This document shows positions 16,105 through 26,062 of a stretch of 64,000 bases of DNA, in pieces. Within the stretch, counting starts at the first letter, position 1, and each line of letters begins with the position of its first letter. The notes under the pieces were generated by a model. The model was not told where the DNA came from. It saw only the letters and a program-made list of their open reading frames with translations, and searched no databases. The position numbers and the translations under genes were made by a program. Origin of the DNA: an uncultured Candidatus Saccharibacteria bacterium (GTDB taxonomy: Bacteria > Patescibacteriota > Saccharimonadia > Saccharimonadales > Saccharimonadaceae); contig CAZJAI010000003.1 in assembly GCA_964544355.1 (NCBI GenBank), positions 15,945-79,944 on the forward strand. Reading direction: 5' to 3'.

Positions 16105-18600
16105 ATGATCATCTCGCTGAATTGGCTCGGTCAATTTACCAACCCGGATCTGCCGCCGCGGCAGCTAGCCGAGTTAATCGGGTCTCGCCTGGTCGAGGTT
16201 GAAAAAGTAATTGATCTTGGCCGGCGATACCGCGGCGCCACCTTGGTCAGGGTGAAGCGGGTGCTACCTCACCCCAATGCCGACAAGCTGCGGCTGGCAC
16301 ACGTAGATCCCGGTGCCGGGGACTTCCAAGGCGTGAGCCGGCTGGAAGACGGCAGCGTGGAGGTGATTTGCGGCGCAGCCAACTTACGACAGGGTATGGA
16401 AGCCGTATGGCTGCCTCCCGGTGCGGCCGTTCCAGCAGACTATGGCAAAACATTAGAAACTCTGGCAGCCAAAGAGGTGCGCGGCGTAATTTCTTACGGC
16501 ATGCTGGCCAGCGCCAGAGAGCTGGCCCTGGGCGATGATCACTCGGGGATAGTCGAAGCGGAATCCGGCCGGCCAGCCGGAACCAGTTTTGCCGCTGCCT
16601 ATCAGCTGGATGATTATCTGCTGGATATCGACAACAAGTCGCTGACGCACCGGCCGGACTGTTTCGGTTTAATCGGCTTTGCCCGCGAAGTGGCCGCCAT
16701 ATCCGGACATGACTTTAAAACCCCGGATTGGCTGAAAGCGCTCAAGCCGGTACTGGCGGCCATTGACGCCAAAGTAGAGCTGTTGCCGCTGCGGGCGGCC
16801 GTGGCCGAAACCGGGTTGTCCCAGCGTTACCAGCTGGTGGCGCTGGAAGGCGTTGATGCTGCCAAGGCCTCGCCGCTAATCATTCAAAGCTGGTTGGCCA
16901 GGGTGGGTATCCGGCCGATCAGCGCGGCGGTGGACGTGACCAACTATTTGATGTATCTGACCGGACAGCCGCTTCATGCCTTCGATCTGGACAAACTGCT
17001 GGCCGAACATCCGAAGCACAAACCAGAAGTAGCCGTCAGACGGGCCCGCCGGGGCGAAAAGCTGCGCTTACTCGACGGGGGGGAGATCGATTTGGATGGG
17101 CAGGACATAGTAATCTGCGCCGGACCGAAGCCGGTGGCTCTGGCTGGTATTATGGGCGGAGCCAGCACCATGGTTGACACCGGCACCAGGCGCCTGCTGC
17201 TGGAGAGCGCCACGTTTGATCTTTACCGTCTGCGCAACAGCCAGATGCGTCATGGCATTTTCAGCGAAGCGGCCACCCGTTTTACTAAGGGTCTGCCAGC
17301 CGCTCAGACCGCCCCGGTGCTGGCTAGCGCCGTCAGGATGTTAAGCGAAATCTGCGGCGCCCGGCGGATCAGCGAGGTGGTTGATATCTATCCCGAGCCC
17401 GCTCCGGTCGCCCCTATCGGCCTCGATATCTACAAACTTAACGCCGTGCTAGGCACGGATTTCAACGCCGTTCAGGCGGCCGTCGTTTTGAAACGCGCCG
17501 AAATCGGAACTAGCCGCAGCCACGACCGGTTAACGGTCGAGCCGCCTTTCTGGCGGGCCGATCTGCACATTGCCGAAGATGTCATCGAAGAAATAGGCCG
17601 GCTGACCGGCTACGACAACATTCCGGCCCGCCTGCCGCTTAGGCCGATGGCCGCGGTGGCTGCGGAACCGGCCGCTGATACGGCCCGGCAATTGCGGTTA
17701 GTTTTGCTGAGAGCCGGGGCTAACGAGGTGCTGACCTACAGCTTCGTTCCGGCCAATCTGTTACTGGCAGCCGGCCAGAAGCCTGAGCTGGCTTACAGGA
17801 TCAGCAACGCTCTCAGCGGTGATCTGCAGTATTACCGTCTCAGCCTAACGCCCAGCCTGCTGGACAAGTGCCGGCAAAACCTGAGAGCCGGCTACGGCCG
17901 GTTTGCCCTGTTCGAGATAGGCAAAACTCACCAGCGTGCTCCCGCTGGCGGTGACGGTTTGCCCGACGAACATCCGGTTTTGGCGCTCATCCATGCCCGG
18001 CCAGGGCCAGCCAGCCAAGCGCCTTATTACTTTGTCCGCCGGTTCGCCGAGTATATTGCCTGGAGCTTGAAATTACGGTTCGAGTTCCGGCCGCTCCAAG
18101 CGGATCAATCCGACCAGCGGCTGGCTCCGTTCATGCCGGAGCGTTCCGCTGCCATCTATCTGTCCGGTTCTGAAACTTTGCTCGGGGTGGCCGGGGAATT
18201 CAGGAGCGGCGTCCTGAGAGATCTGAAATTGCCGCCGGGCGTGGCCGGGCTGGAGATCAGCCTGGAGGCTTTGTCGGCCCTGCCCCGGCCGGCCTCTGAC
18301 TACCGGCCCGCCGGCAAGTATCCCGGCACCGAGAAAGACATCACTCTCAAGGTGCCAAGCGAACTGCCCTACGCTGACATAGCCTCGATGGTGGAAGACA
18401 GCTTGAGCAGCGAGACCCTGGAGGCTGCCTTTCGTCCGCTGGATATTTACCAGAACCCGGCCGATCCTTCAAAAAAGAACGTTACCCTCAGGTTAGAACT
18501 GGCCGATCGGCGGCACACTCTGACCACCGCGGAGGCTAACGGGGTGATAGCCCGCCTGGCCGAAGCGGCCGCCAAGCGCTTGGGCGCAGAGCAGGTGTAG
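16105..18600 (+). CDS. pheT: phenylalanyl-tRNA synthetase beta subunit
   Basis: An 831-aa product. It has an N-terminal tRNA-binding domain (VLPHPNADKLRL), B3/4 and B5 regions and a C-terminal FDX-ACB-like domain. It starts 3 nt after the pheS stop. Confidence 0.93.
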   Translation: MIISLNWLGQFTNPDLPPRQLAELIGSRLVEVEKVIDLGRRYRGATLVRVKRVLPHPNADKLRLAHVDPGAGDFQGVSRLEDGSVEVICGAANLRQGMEAVWLPPGAAVPADYGKTLETLAAKEVRGVISYGMLASARELALGDDHSGIVEAESGRPAGTSFAAAYQLDDYLLDIDNKSLTHRPDCFGLIGFAREVAAISGHDFKTPDWLKALKPVLAAIDAKVELLPLRAAVAETGLSQRYQLVALEGVDAAKASPLIIQSWLARVGIRPISAAVDVTNYLMYLTGQPLHAFDLDKLLAEHPKHKPEVAVRRARRGEKLRLLDGGEIDLDGQDIVICAGPKPVALAGIMGGASTMVDTGTRRLLLESATFDLYRLRNSQMRHGIFSEAATRFTKGLPAAQTAPVLASAVRMLSEICGARRISEVVDIYPEPAPVAPIGLDIYKLNAVLGTDFNAVQAAVVLKRAEIGTSRSHDRLTVEPPFWRADLHIAEDVIEEIGRLTGYDNIPARLPLRPMAAVAAEPAADTARQLRLVLLRAGANEVLTYSFVPANLLLAAGQKPELAYRISNALSGDLQYYRLSLTPSLLDKCRQNLRAGYGRFALFEIGKTHQRAPAGGDGLPDEHPVLALIHARPGPASQAPYYFVRRFAEYIAWSLKLRFEFRPLQADQSDQRLAPFMPERSAAIYLSGSETLLGVAGEFRSGVLRDLKLPPGVAGLEISLEALSALPRPASDYRPAGKYPGTEKDITLKVPSELPYADIASMVEDSLSSETLEAAFRPLDIYQNPADPSKKNVTLRLELADRRHTLTTAEANGVIARLAEAAAKRLGAEQV

Positions 18601-18668
18601 TTAAATTATCCAAGCGCCGGATTTTTAGCTTCACTCTCGGGCGCCGGGCATGTAGACTGATATACATT

Positions 18669-20054
18669 ATGAGTCGGCAGCGCTATGACCTAGTGGTGAT
18701 AGGCGCCGGAGCGGGTGGGTCGGCTGCCGCCGTTTATGCCGCCAGGGCCGGTGCCCGGACGGCACTAATTGACTTGTCGGCGGATTGCCTGGGGGGCGGC
18801 AGCGTTAACGGCAGCGATCTGCCCTCCAAAGTGTTCGCGCTGGCCTGTCAGCAGCCTGCTGCCAACTGGCGCCAGGCTTGCCGGGCGGCCAGACAGGCGG
18901 CTGAGCGCTCCCGCCAGGAGCTGCTGAGGACCTGGAGTCAGATGCCGTCGCTTGATCTGATTTACGGCCGGGCATCTCTGAACAGGCGCGGCGGCGTGAT
19001 CGTGGAGGGCGGGGAGCGGCTGGAGAGCCGGCGGATCATCGTGGCCACCGGATCGGAACCGGCCATACCGTCAATAACCGGTCTGAAAACAGCAGGTTAC
19101 GAAACGGTGGAGAGTTTTTTGATGCAACCTAGACGCAAGCCCGCCAGGACGGTGATTTTAGGCGGCGGTCCTTCGGCCGTTGAGCTGGCTTCGGCGCTGG
19201 CCAGATTGAAAATCAGAACTCACCTAATAGAGCACAATCCGCACATCCTGATGGGAATTGATGAGGAAACCGCCGAATTTCTGTCCGCGAAACTGGAATC
19301 CGCCGGCGTAACGGTTTTATCCAGCAGCTCTCTGGTCATGTCCGAAGCGGCCGGCCAGAACGGCCGGCTGCGCCTGGTCGTTCAGAGCCGGAGCAGGCAG
19401 CTCAGTCTGAACGCCGACGTTTTGATTGTAGCCGCCGGCCGGCGGCCGCGCTTGCCGTGGGGATTAAAATCAAACGGCGTATCAGTTAAAAACGAGGGCA
19501 TAGCGGTTGACGGCAACTGGCGCACGGCCAATCCGCGTATCTACGCCGTCGGCGACGTTGTTGCCGGGGGCGGCGCACGGCTCAGCCACAGCGCGGCCTG
19601 GGCCGGCTGGCAGGCGTCCAGGCACGCCTTGTTCGGTTTGAAGGCGTTCGCTCCCAAGTGGCAGCCCCAGTGCATCTACTGCGACCCGCCGGTGGCAACG
19701 GTCGGCGTGACTGTCCAGCAGCTGATTCAGGAAGGGCTGCCTCATGACGTTATTACCTCGACCTACGGCGCGCCCGGTCCGTTGAATTGTTTTGGGGGCG
19801 AAGGTTTTGTCAAGGCGATAGTCAATCATAAGCGAAAGCTGGTTGGCGCGGTCTGCGTGGGCTGGGCCGCCGGCGAGACCATCGGCTACCTGGCTCTGGC
19901 TGTAGAACGCGGCCTGAGCATTGAGCAGCTGCGATCGCTGCCGTTGCCGTATCCCAGCGCTTCGGCCGCTCTGCATGGTTTGGCGGCGGAGGCCGAAATG
20001 TCGGGATCGGAAAGGTTCGGGCGACTGGCCAGGCTGCGCCTAATCCTGCAATAG
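18669..20054 (+). CDS. class I pyridine nucleotide-disulfide oxidoreductase homolog lacking the redox-active CxxxxC and the His-Glu dyad
   Basis: FAD site YDLVVIGAGAGGSAAA, NAD site ILGGGPSAVELA, and YAVGDV. LGGGSVNGSDLPSK replaces the canonical GG-C-LNVG-C-IPSK, and LPYPSASA replaces HAHPTxxE. Confidence 0.8.
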   Translation: MSRQRYDLVVIGAGAGGSAAAVYAARAGARTALIDLSADCLGGGSVNGSDLPSKVFALACQQPAANWRQACRAARQAAERSRQELLRTWSQMPSLDLIYGRASLNRRGGVIVEGGERLESRRIIVATGSEPAIPSITGLKTAGYETVESFLMQPRRKPARTVILGGGPSAVELASALARLKIRTHLIEHNPHILMGIDEETAEFLSAKLESAGVTVLSSSSLVMSEAAGQNGRLRLVVQSRSRQLSLNADVLIVAAGRRPRLPWGLKSNGVSVKNEGIAVDGNWRTANPRIYAVGDVVAGGGARLSHSAAWAGWQASRHALFGLKAFAPKWQPQCIYCDPPVATVGVTVQQLIQEGLPHDVITSTYGAPGPLNCFGGEGFVKAIVNHKRKLVGAVCVGWAAGETIGYLALAVERGLSIEQLRSLPLPYPSASAALHGLAAEAEMSGSERFGRLARLRLILQ

Positions 20055-20091
20055 TGACCGTGCTACAATTAAAGCCGGATATTTTTCAGCA

Positions 20092-20658
20092 ATGAGTACC
20101 ACCAAAAAATCGCAGCGTATTTTCATTTGGGTGATAACCATCGTGATGGCCGTAGGGTCCCTGGGGACTTATTTTCTGGTTATTTTGGCTAACAACAACC
20201 AGGCTGATCAGGCCGCCAAACAGCAGGCCGAGCTAACCAAGCTGCAACAACAGCTCAAATGCGACCCGGCGCCAACGCCGCCGGGCAAAAACTACGTCAA
20301 ACCGCCGGCTCAGCCATTCGATAAAAACTCTATCGGGCAGTTAAAGAGCCAGGATGTGACGGTGGGCAGCGGACCGGCCATCAATTCGCCGGACGCCTGC
20401 GTCACCGTTTACTATTTAGGCAACCTGTCCGACGGCGCGATTTTTGACAATTCCTACGATCGCGGACAACCCATAGCCGTTCGGCTCAGCCAGGTGATTG
20501 GCGGCTGGCGACAGGGCCTACAGGGAATGAAAGCCGGCGGGGTGCGTAAATTGTACATTCCGTCGGATTTGGCCTACGGTGCCGCCGGCAGCCCGCCGTC
20601 CATCGGTCCCAACCAGCCGCTTTATTTCTACATAGAGCTAGTCGGTTTTTCGCAATAA
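20092..20658 (+). CDS. membrane-anchored FKBP-type peptidyl-prolyl cis-trans isomerase
   Basis: N-terminal TM helix, followed by VTVYYLGNLSDGAIFDNSYDRGQPIAVRLSQVIGGWRQGLQGMKAGGVRKLYIPSDLAYG. Confidence 0.9.
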   Translation: MSTTKKSQRIFIWVITIVMAVGSLGTYFLVILANNNQADQAAKQQAELTKLQQQLKCDPAPTPPGKNYVKPPAQPFDKNSIGQLKSQDVTVGSGPAINSPDACVTVYYLGNLSDGAIFDNSYDRGQPIAVRLSQVIGGWRQGLQGMKAGGVRKLYIPSDLAYGAAGSPPSIGPNQPLYFYIELVGFSQ

Positions 20659-20759
20659 ATACAACATATAGCGTCTTGCAAAGCCCTGACTACGCTATAT
20701 AATTAAGGTTAAGGTCGCGCCAAAACCAAACTTAATAATTTTAGGGAAATCAAAAAGCC

Positions 20760-21017
20760 ATGCCGTCCTCTAAAAACGTTACCATCTACACCACTTCCAG
20801 TTGCGCCTACTGCGTAATGGTTAAGAGGTGGCTGAGCGCCAAGGGCCAGACTTTTCAGGAAATTAACCTGGACGACTCGCCGGACGAACGGCAGAGGATT
20901 TACCAGATGTCCGGCCAGTTAACCGTGCCGGTAACGATTGTCAGCGACGACAGCGGCCGCCAGGATATCACCGTCGGCTGGAATCCCGGCAAGTTATCGG
21001 CCGCACTGGCCGCTTAG
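20760..21017 (+). CDS. glutaredoxin-like small thiol-disulfide oxidoreductase (YruB/NrdH-like)
   Basis: An 85-aa product with TIYTTSSCAYCVMVKRWL (a CxxC motif) and a downstream TVP motif. Confidence 0.8.
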   Translation: MPSSKNVTIYTTSSCAYCVMVKRWLSAKGQTFQEINLDDSPDERQRIYQMSGQLTVPVTIVSDDSGRQDITVGWNPGKLSAALAA

Positions 21018-21041
21018 GCGGGTAGTTGCGGCCGGTTTTTT
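20998..21041 (+). terminator. candidate intrinsic terminator after the glutaredoxin gene
   Basis: CGGCCGCA (20998-21005) pairs with TGCGGCCG (21027-21034), followed by G and TTTTTT (21036-21041). The loop is long (21 nt). Confidence 0.45.
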
Positions 21042-21089
21042 AGTCCTCGGTTTGCCTATTCGGGCCAATCGGCGTTTAATTTAAGTGCT

Positions 21090-22085
21090 ATGGAACAGTC
21101 AAAAAACTTGAGCGATAAGATTTACGATTGCGTGATGGTGGGAGCTGGACCCGCCGCCCTGTCCGCGGCGGTGTATACCTCCCGCGAAAACATTCAAACC
21201 CTGCTTTACGAACGGGGGGTGATCGGCGGTCTGGCGGCGGTTACCGACAAGGTGGACAACTATCCCGGCTTCGCCGACGGCGTCAGCGGTCTGGAGCTGG
21301 CGGCCAGGCTGCAGGCCCAGGCCGAGAGATTCGGCGCCGAAATTCGTCTGGGAGAGGTGCAAAAGGTACAGGACGAGGGCGGATACCGGCTGCTGACTAC
21401 CGACGAAGGACCGATCAAGGCCAAAACGGTGCTGATAGCCACCGGCAGCGATTACAAAAAACTGGGCGTTCCGGGCGAGTCGGAATATTACGGCCGCGGC
21501 GTTCATTTTTGCGCCACTTGCGACGGCGCGTTTTATAAAGACAAAAGGCTGGTAGTGGTCGGCGGTGGCAATTCAGCCGTTCAGGAGGCTCTGTTTTTGA
21601 CCCGCTTCGCCTCGCGTATAGACATGCTGGTGAGGTCGCGTTTGAAAGCTTCCCGGGCGCTACTGGACGAGCTGGCCAGGCAGTCTGAAAAAATATCCGT
21701 TCATTTGGGTGTTACCACCGATGAAATCGTTGGCAGTCAGGGCAAGGTTATTAAAGTGGTCGGCACCCGAAACGGCCAGCGGCAGGAGTTTCCAACCGAC
21801 GGCGTGTTCGTGTTTATCGGGCTGAGGCCCAATACGGAATTTTTACAGGGCTCGGGCGTTGGTTTTGACCAGCGCGGCCTGATTGAGACGGATGTCAACC
21901 TGATGACCGCTATTAACGGGGTGTTTGCTGCCGGAGATGTCAGAAGCGGCGCCACCATGCAAATTGCCAGCGCCGTGGGCGAAGGCGCCACGGCGGCGCT
22001 GAAAATCCGCCAATACCTGGATGATCTAGCCTTAGCCCGGGAGACCGGCCCGGCCGTTCAAGTGACTGCCGCCGCCTCTTCTTAA
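21090..22085 (+). CDS. trxB: thioredoxin-disulfide reductase
   Basis: VGAGPAALSAAVY, redox centre CATCDG, NADPH site VVGGGNSAVQEALFL, and AAGDV. Confidence 0.93.
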   Translation: MEQSKNLSDKIYDCVMVGAGPAALSAAVYTSRENIQTLLYERGVIGGLAAVTDKVDNYPGFADGVSGLELAARLQAQAERFGAEIRLGEVQKVQDEGGYRLLTTDEGPIKAKTVLIATGSDYKKLGVPGESEYYGRGVHFCATCDGAFYKDKRLVVVGGGNSAVQEALFLTRFASRIDMLVRSRLKASRALLDELARQSEKISVHLGVTTDEIVGSQGKVIKVVGTRNGQRQEFPTDGVFVFIGLRPNTEFLQGSGVGFDQRGLIETDVNLMTAINGVFAAGDVRSGATMQIASAVGEGATAALKIRQYLDDLALARETGPAVQVTAAASS

Positions 22086-22105
22086 AAAACCTGACGCCTG
22101 GTGGC

Positions 22106-22801
22106 TTATTTCGTCTCGATGTGCTTGCGGATTTGCGAAGGGTAATCGGTTACTACGCCGTCTACCCCTAATGCCTGCAGCCGTTCAGCCGCCTGGGGCC
22201 GGTTGACCGTGTAGACGTAGCAGAACAGTCCCAGCCGCTTGGCGGCGCTAACCACAAAGGTGTTGACATGTAGCCGGTGAAAACCTACCGCGCTTAGCTC
22301 CAGTTGCCGGTTGACGAACAGAAAACGCAGCGGATTATACCAGTGGAGCAGAGCCAGATGGGCGCGGCGCGAGGCCTTGCGCATGCGGCGCAGCTCGCCC
22401 ACCCGGAACGACGAGAATAAAAACAAATCCCAGTCGGACGGCTTTTTAATGAATTTGCTCAGAAGCGGCAGGATTTTGGCGGCGCTGCCCCGGTCTTTTA
22501 GTTCCAGGTTCAAAAGTACCTGCCCGCCGAACTCGGCCAGCGTTTTTTCCAGAGTAGTTACCGGATTGACGCTGCCGGCGGTGCGCCTGTTCAGCTCCTG
22601 AAAGGTTATCCCTTTAACGAGGTAGGGCAGGCGGTGTGTCCTCCACAGGTGAGGATCGTGTAGCAGAACCGGTACCCGGTCTTTGGTAAGCCTGACGTCA
22701 AACTCTAAAATATCCACGTCGGCTTGCTGGCCGGCCCGCAAACTGGCTACCGTATTTTCAGGCTTCAGTCCGGCGGCGCCGCGGTGTCCGATAATCAGCA
22801 T
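22106..22801 (-). CDS. glycerophosphodiester phosphodiesterase family protein
   Basis: IIGHRGAAGLKPENT and EFDVRLTKDRVPVLLHD are the GDPD catalytic motifs. Confidence 0.85.
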   Translation of the reverse strand: MLIIGHRGAAGLKPENTVASLRAGQQADVDILEFDVRLTKDRVPVLLHDPHLWRTHRLPYLVKGITFQELNRRTAGSVNPVTTLEKTLAEFGGQVLLNLELKDRGSAAKILPLLSKFIKKPSDWDLFLFSSFRVGELRRMRKASRRAHLALLHWYNPLRFLFVNRQLELSAVGFHRLHVNTFVVSAAKRLGLFCYVYTVNRPQAAERLQALGVDGVVTDYPSQIRKHIETK

Positions 22802-22906
22802 GCATTCAGTGTAACAAACTGCCGCCCGGCCGCTGGCCGCGCCTGGCGGCCGTGTGCTAAACTGACCTTACCAAGAAATTCAAGCGGCTATCAAGGGAGC
22901 AAAAAC

Positions 22907-23455
22907 GTGGCTGATTACAACCAAATCTTAACGCCTGGCGATACAGACAACGGGCTGGTCAATGCCGTGGTGGAGATTCCCCAGGGTTCTGCGTTAAAGA
23001 TTGAGTGGGACCGCCGCCTGGCTGCGTTCCGGCTGGATCGGGTGGAGCCGTCAATTTTCGCCAAGCCGGTTAATTACGGCTTTATTCCGGCAACCTTGGA
23101 CGAAGACGGCGACGAACTGGATACTCTGGTGGTCTGTAGCCAGCCAATACCTACCGGGGTGTATTTGAGCGGCCGGATTATCGGCGTTTTAAATTTCAAT
23201 GACGATGGCGATGCCGACCACAAAATAGTGATTGTGCCGGCCGACGACCGTGACGGCGGCGACGCCATGCGTTCATTGGACGATCTAGGAGAACGCTGGA
23301 AGCAAAAAATCGAGCATCACTTCGCCCACTACAAAGACCTTAAAAAACCTGGCAGCACCAAGGTGCTGGGATGGGGAGACGCCGAAGCCGCCAAAGCGGT
23401 TATCCGGCAGTCGATTGATCGCTATCGGCAGAGCCGGCCGGATCTAGCTGCCTAG
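22907..23455 (+). CDS. ppa: inorganic pyrophosphatase (family I)
   Basis: GTG start at 22907 with AGGGAG at 22894-22899. Motifs VVEIPQGSALKIEWD, YGFIPATLDEDGDELDTLVV and DHKIV. I reject the track extension back to 22724. Confidence 0.9.
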   Translation: MADYNQILTPGDTDNGLVNAVVEIPQGSALKIEWDRRLAAFRLDRVEPSIFAKPVNYGFIPATLDEDGDELDTLVVCSQPIPTGVYLSGRIIGVLNFNDDGDADHKIVIVPADDRDGGDAMRSLDDLGERWKQKIEHHFAHYKDLKKPGSTKVLGWGDAEAAKAVIRQSIDRYRQSRPDLAA

Positions 23456-24924
23456 AGATCGCGTTTTTTAAGCTGTGCCCGCAGTTTTTCGCGGGCATGC
23501 GAGGTTTTAACCAGCTCCAGCCAGTCGTTTTTGGGCTCTCCGTTGCGCCGGGTGATAACCTCCACCACGTCGCCGTTTTGCAAGATGCGGTCGAACGGCA
23601 CCATCTTGCCGTTAACCTTGAAGCCGTGGGCCCGGCGGGCGATATCACTGTGTACCAGATAGGCGAAATCCAACGGGTAGGCGCCTTCCGGCAGGTCGTA
23701 GATGTCGCCCTTGGGGGAGTGGACGAAAATCCGGTCGGCGAACAGCTCCAGCCTGAGCTGTTCGATAGGTATGTTCTCGCTCTGAGCCAGCCGGATGGCT
23801 ACGGCTTGCAGGCGGCTGATCCATTGCAATTTCGGCGGCAGCAGACTTGGCCGGCCTTTGCGGTAGGCATCGGAACTTTTTTGCTGATGGTAATGAAACC
23901 CGGCCGCCAGGCCGCGTTCGGCGTACTCGTGCATTTCCTTTGAGCGGATTTGGAACTCAACGATCTGTTCATTACGGGTCAGCACGGTGGTATGCAGGCT
24001 TTGGTAGCCGTTGGGTTTGGGAGTGGCGATATAGTCTTTAATGCGCGCCACCATGGGTTGATAGAGCGAATGAATCACCCCCAATACCCGGTAGCAATCT
24101 TCTTTGCTGTCGACCACCACTCTCAGGGCGATCAAATCGTAAATGTTGTCTATCTGGCCGTCGGTTTTGGCCAGTTTTCTGTACAGGCTGTAGATGCTCT
24201 TGACCCGCCCGTCCATAGTGAAATCTATCGCCTGGCGCCGCAGGGCCTGTTCCGTTTCGTGCCGGACGCTGACCAGTTTTTTGTGCGATTTGCCCAGGCG
24301 GTCTTTCATCAGCTTTTTCAGTAAAGAGTACTTTTGCGGTTCCAGGTAGGCGAAGGCCAGCTCTTCCAGCTGCATGCGCACCCGACCCATACCCATGCGA
24401 TCGGCCATGGGGGCGAACACTTCCAATGATTCGCGGGCGATCTTAAGTTGTTTTTGTTTTGGCAGAAAATTGAGAGTCTGCAAATTGTGCAGGCGATCGG
24501 CCAGTTTGATGATCACCACCCGGATATCCTTGCCTATGGCGATCAGCAGTTTAGACAGGTTGTCTCGGGTCTGCGGCAGGTAACTGCCGATATCGCGCAT
24601 ACCGGAACGGGCCTTGGACAGCTTGGTCACGCCGTCCACCAGGAAGGCCACCGACTGGCCGAACTGTCGCTCGATTTCGGTTAGCGTCAGAGTGGTATCT
24701 TCCAGAGTATCGTGCAGTACCCCGGCAATAACGGTGTCAATGTCCATACCCCATTCCAGCAAGGTATCGGCCACTTGCAGGGGGTGACTGATATAGGGTT
24801 CGCCGCTCAGGCGAAGCTGGCCGCGGTGAGCGAAGTCGGCCGTCTCTACCGCCCGTCGCAGCCGCTCAAGCTGGGTCTGGCTGAAGTGCGCAGCCGCCCG
24901 GTTGATTAAATCTGATGCCTGCAT
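23452..24924 (-). CDS. rel: bifunctional (p)ppGpp synthetase/hydrolase, short form (HD-SYNTH-TGS only)
   Basis: I place the start at ATG 24924 (MQASDLI...). The HD motif is HDTLEDT. Synthetase motifs are RVKSIYSLYRKL, DLIALRVVV and YQSLHTTV. A TGS domain sits at the C-terminus, and the protein ends about 30 aa after it. Confidence 0.9.
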   Translation of the reverse strand: MQASDLINRAAAHFSQTQLERLRRAVETADFAHRGQLRLSGEPYISHPLQVADTLLEWGMDIDTVIAGVLHDTLEDTTLTLTEIERQFGQSVAFLVDGVTKLSKARSGMRDIGSYLPQTRDNLSKLLIAIGKDIRVVIIKLADRLHNLQTLNFLPKQKQLKIARESLEVFAPMADRMGMGRVRMQLEELAFAYLEPQKYSLLKKLMKDRLGKSHKKLVSVRHETEQALRRQAIDFTMDGRVKSIYSLYRKLAKTDGQIDNIYDLIALRVVVDSKEDCYRVLGVIHSLYQPMVARIKDYIATPKPNGYQSLHTTVLTRNEQIVEFQIRSKEMHEYAERGLAAGFHYHQQKSSDAYRKGRPSLLPPKLQWISRLQAVAIRLAQSENIPIEQLRLELFADRIFVHSPKGDIYDLPEGAYPLDFAYLVHSDIARRAHGFKVNGKMVPFDRILQNGDVVEVITRRNGEPKNDWLELVKTSHAREKLRAQLKKRDL

Positions 24925-25035
24925 CTTAATTATCAGTATAAGCCATGAGCGCCGGATAGTTTTGGCAAGCCGCGGTTTATGCAGTAGAATGAGACTGAAA
25001 ATTAGCATTAGAGTTTTACTATAAAAGGAGTGGGC

Positions 25036-26049
25036 ATGAAGACCAAAATTGCTATTAACGGTTTCGGCAGGATAGGCCGCAACGCTTTTAAGATAGCTCT
25101 GGAACGCGATGACATCGAAGTGGTGGCGGTGAATGACCTAACCGACACCCGCACCTTGGCCCATCTGCTGAAATACGACAGCTCCTACGGCACCTACGAA
25201 CACGACGTTTCCTACGATGAATCGGGCATTATTGTCAATGGCCGCCACGTCAAAGTTCTGGCCGAAAAAGATCCGGCCGCCCTGGCCTGGGGAGCCCACG
25301 ACGTGGCTGTAGTCATCGAGAGCACCGGCTTGTTCACTGATCCGGCCAAAGCCAGGGCCCATATTGACCCGGCCGGCGCCAAAAAAGTGATCATCAGCGC
25401 TCCGGCCAAAGGGGAGGGCGCCGAGACCATCGTGCTGGGCGTCAATGAAGACAAACTGGACCAGGCGGGAGACATCATCAGCAACGCCAGCTGTACCACC
25501 AACTGCATCACTCCGGTAATGGCCATTTTAGAGAACAACTTCGGCATAGACAAGGCCATGATGAGCACGGTGCACAGCTATACCGCCAGCCAGCGGTTGC
25601 AGGACGCTCCGGCCAAGGATCTGCGTGAGGCTCGGGCGGCCGCCGAAAACATCGTGCCGACCACAACCGGAGCCAGCGTAGCCGCCGGTCTGGCTCTGCC
25701 GGTGCTACAGGGCCGCTTTGGCGGCATGAGCATCAGGGTGCCCACTCCGGTAGTGTCGATCAGCGATATGACCGTCTTAACCAAGCGGCAGGTCATCGTG
25801 GAGGAAGTCAACCAGGCTTTCCGGCGGGCCGCCAAGGAGCCTTATTACCAGGGAATCGTGGACGTTACCGAGGAACAGCTGGTCTCATCCGACTTTAAAG
25901 GAAATCCGCACAGCGCCATCGTGGATCTGCCGTTAACCGACGTGGTTGGCGGCAATCTGGTCAAGGTGATCGCCTGGTATGATAACGAATGGGGCTATTG
26001 TAACCGCCTGGTCGAGCTGACCGCCGACGTGGCTAAGAATTTGCGCTAA
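25036..26049 (+). CDS. gap: glyceraldehyde-3-phosphate dehydrogenase
   Basis: MKTKIAINGFGRIGR, active site SNASCTTNC, and WYDNEWGY. AAAGGAG lies 5 nt upstream of ATG 25036. Confidence 0.95.
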   Translation: MKTKIAINGFGRIGRNAFKIALERDDIEVVAVNDLTDTRTLAHLLKYDSSYGTYEHDVSYDESGIIVNGRHVKVLAEKDPAALAWGAHDVAVVIESTGLFTDPAKARAHIDPAGAKKVIISAPAKGEGAETIVLGVNEDKLDQAGDIISNASCTTNCITPVMAILENNFGIDKAMMSTVHSYTASQRLQDAPAKDLREARAAAENIVPTTTGASVAAGLALPVLQGRFGGMSIRVPTPVVSISDMTVLTKRQVIVEEVNQAFRRAAKEPYYQGIVDVTEEQLVSSDFKGNPHSAIVDLPLTDVVGGNLVKVIAWYDNEWGYCNRLVELTADVAKNLR

Positions 26050-26062
26050 TGCGGTTTCGGCG

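Noticed and set aside
22724-22906. Upstream extension of the ppa ORF, which overlaps the GDPD gene start on the other strand.
   Set aside because: The family I PPase core begins at about ADYNQIL. GTG 22907 has an AGGGAG RBS, and the extension shows no homology-like features.
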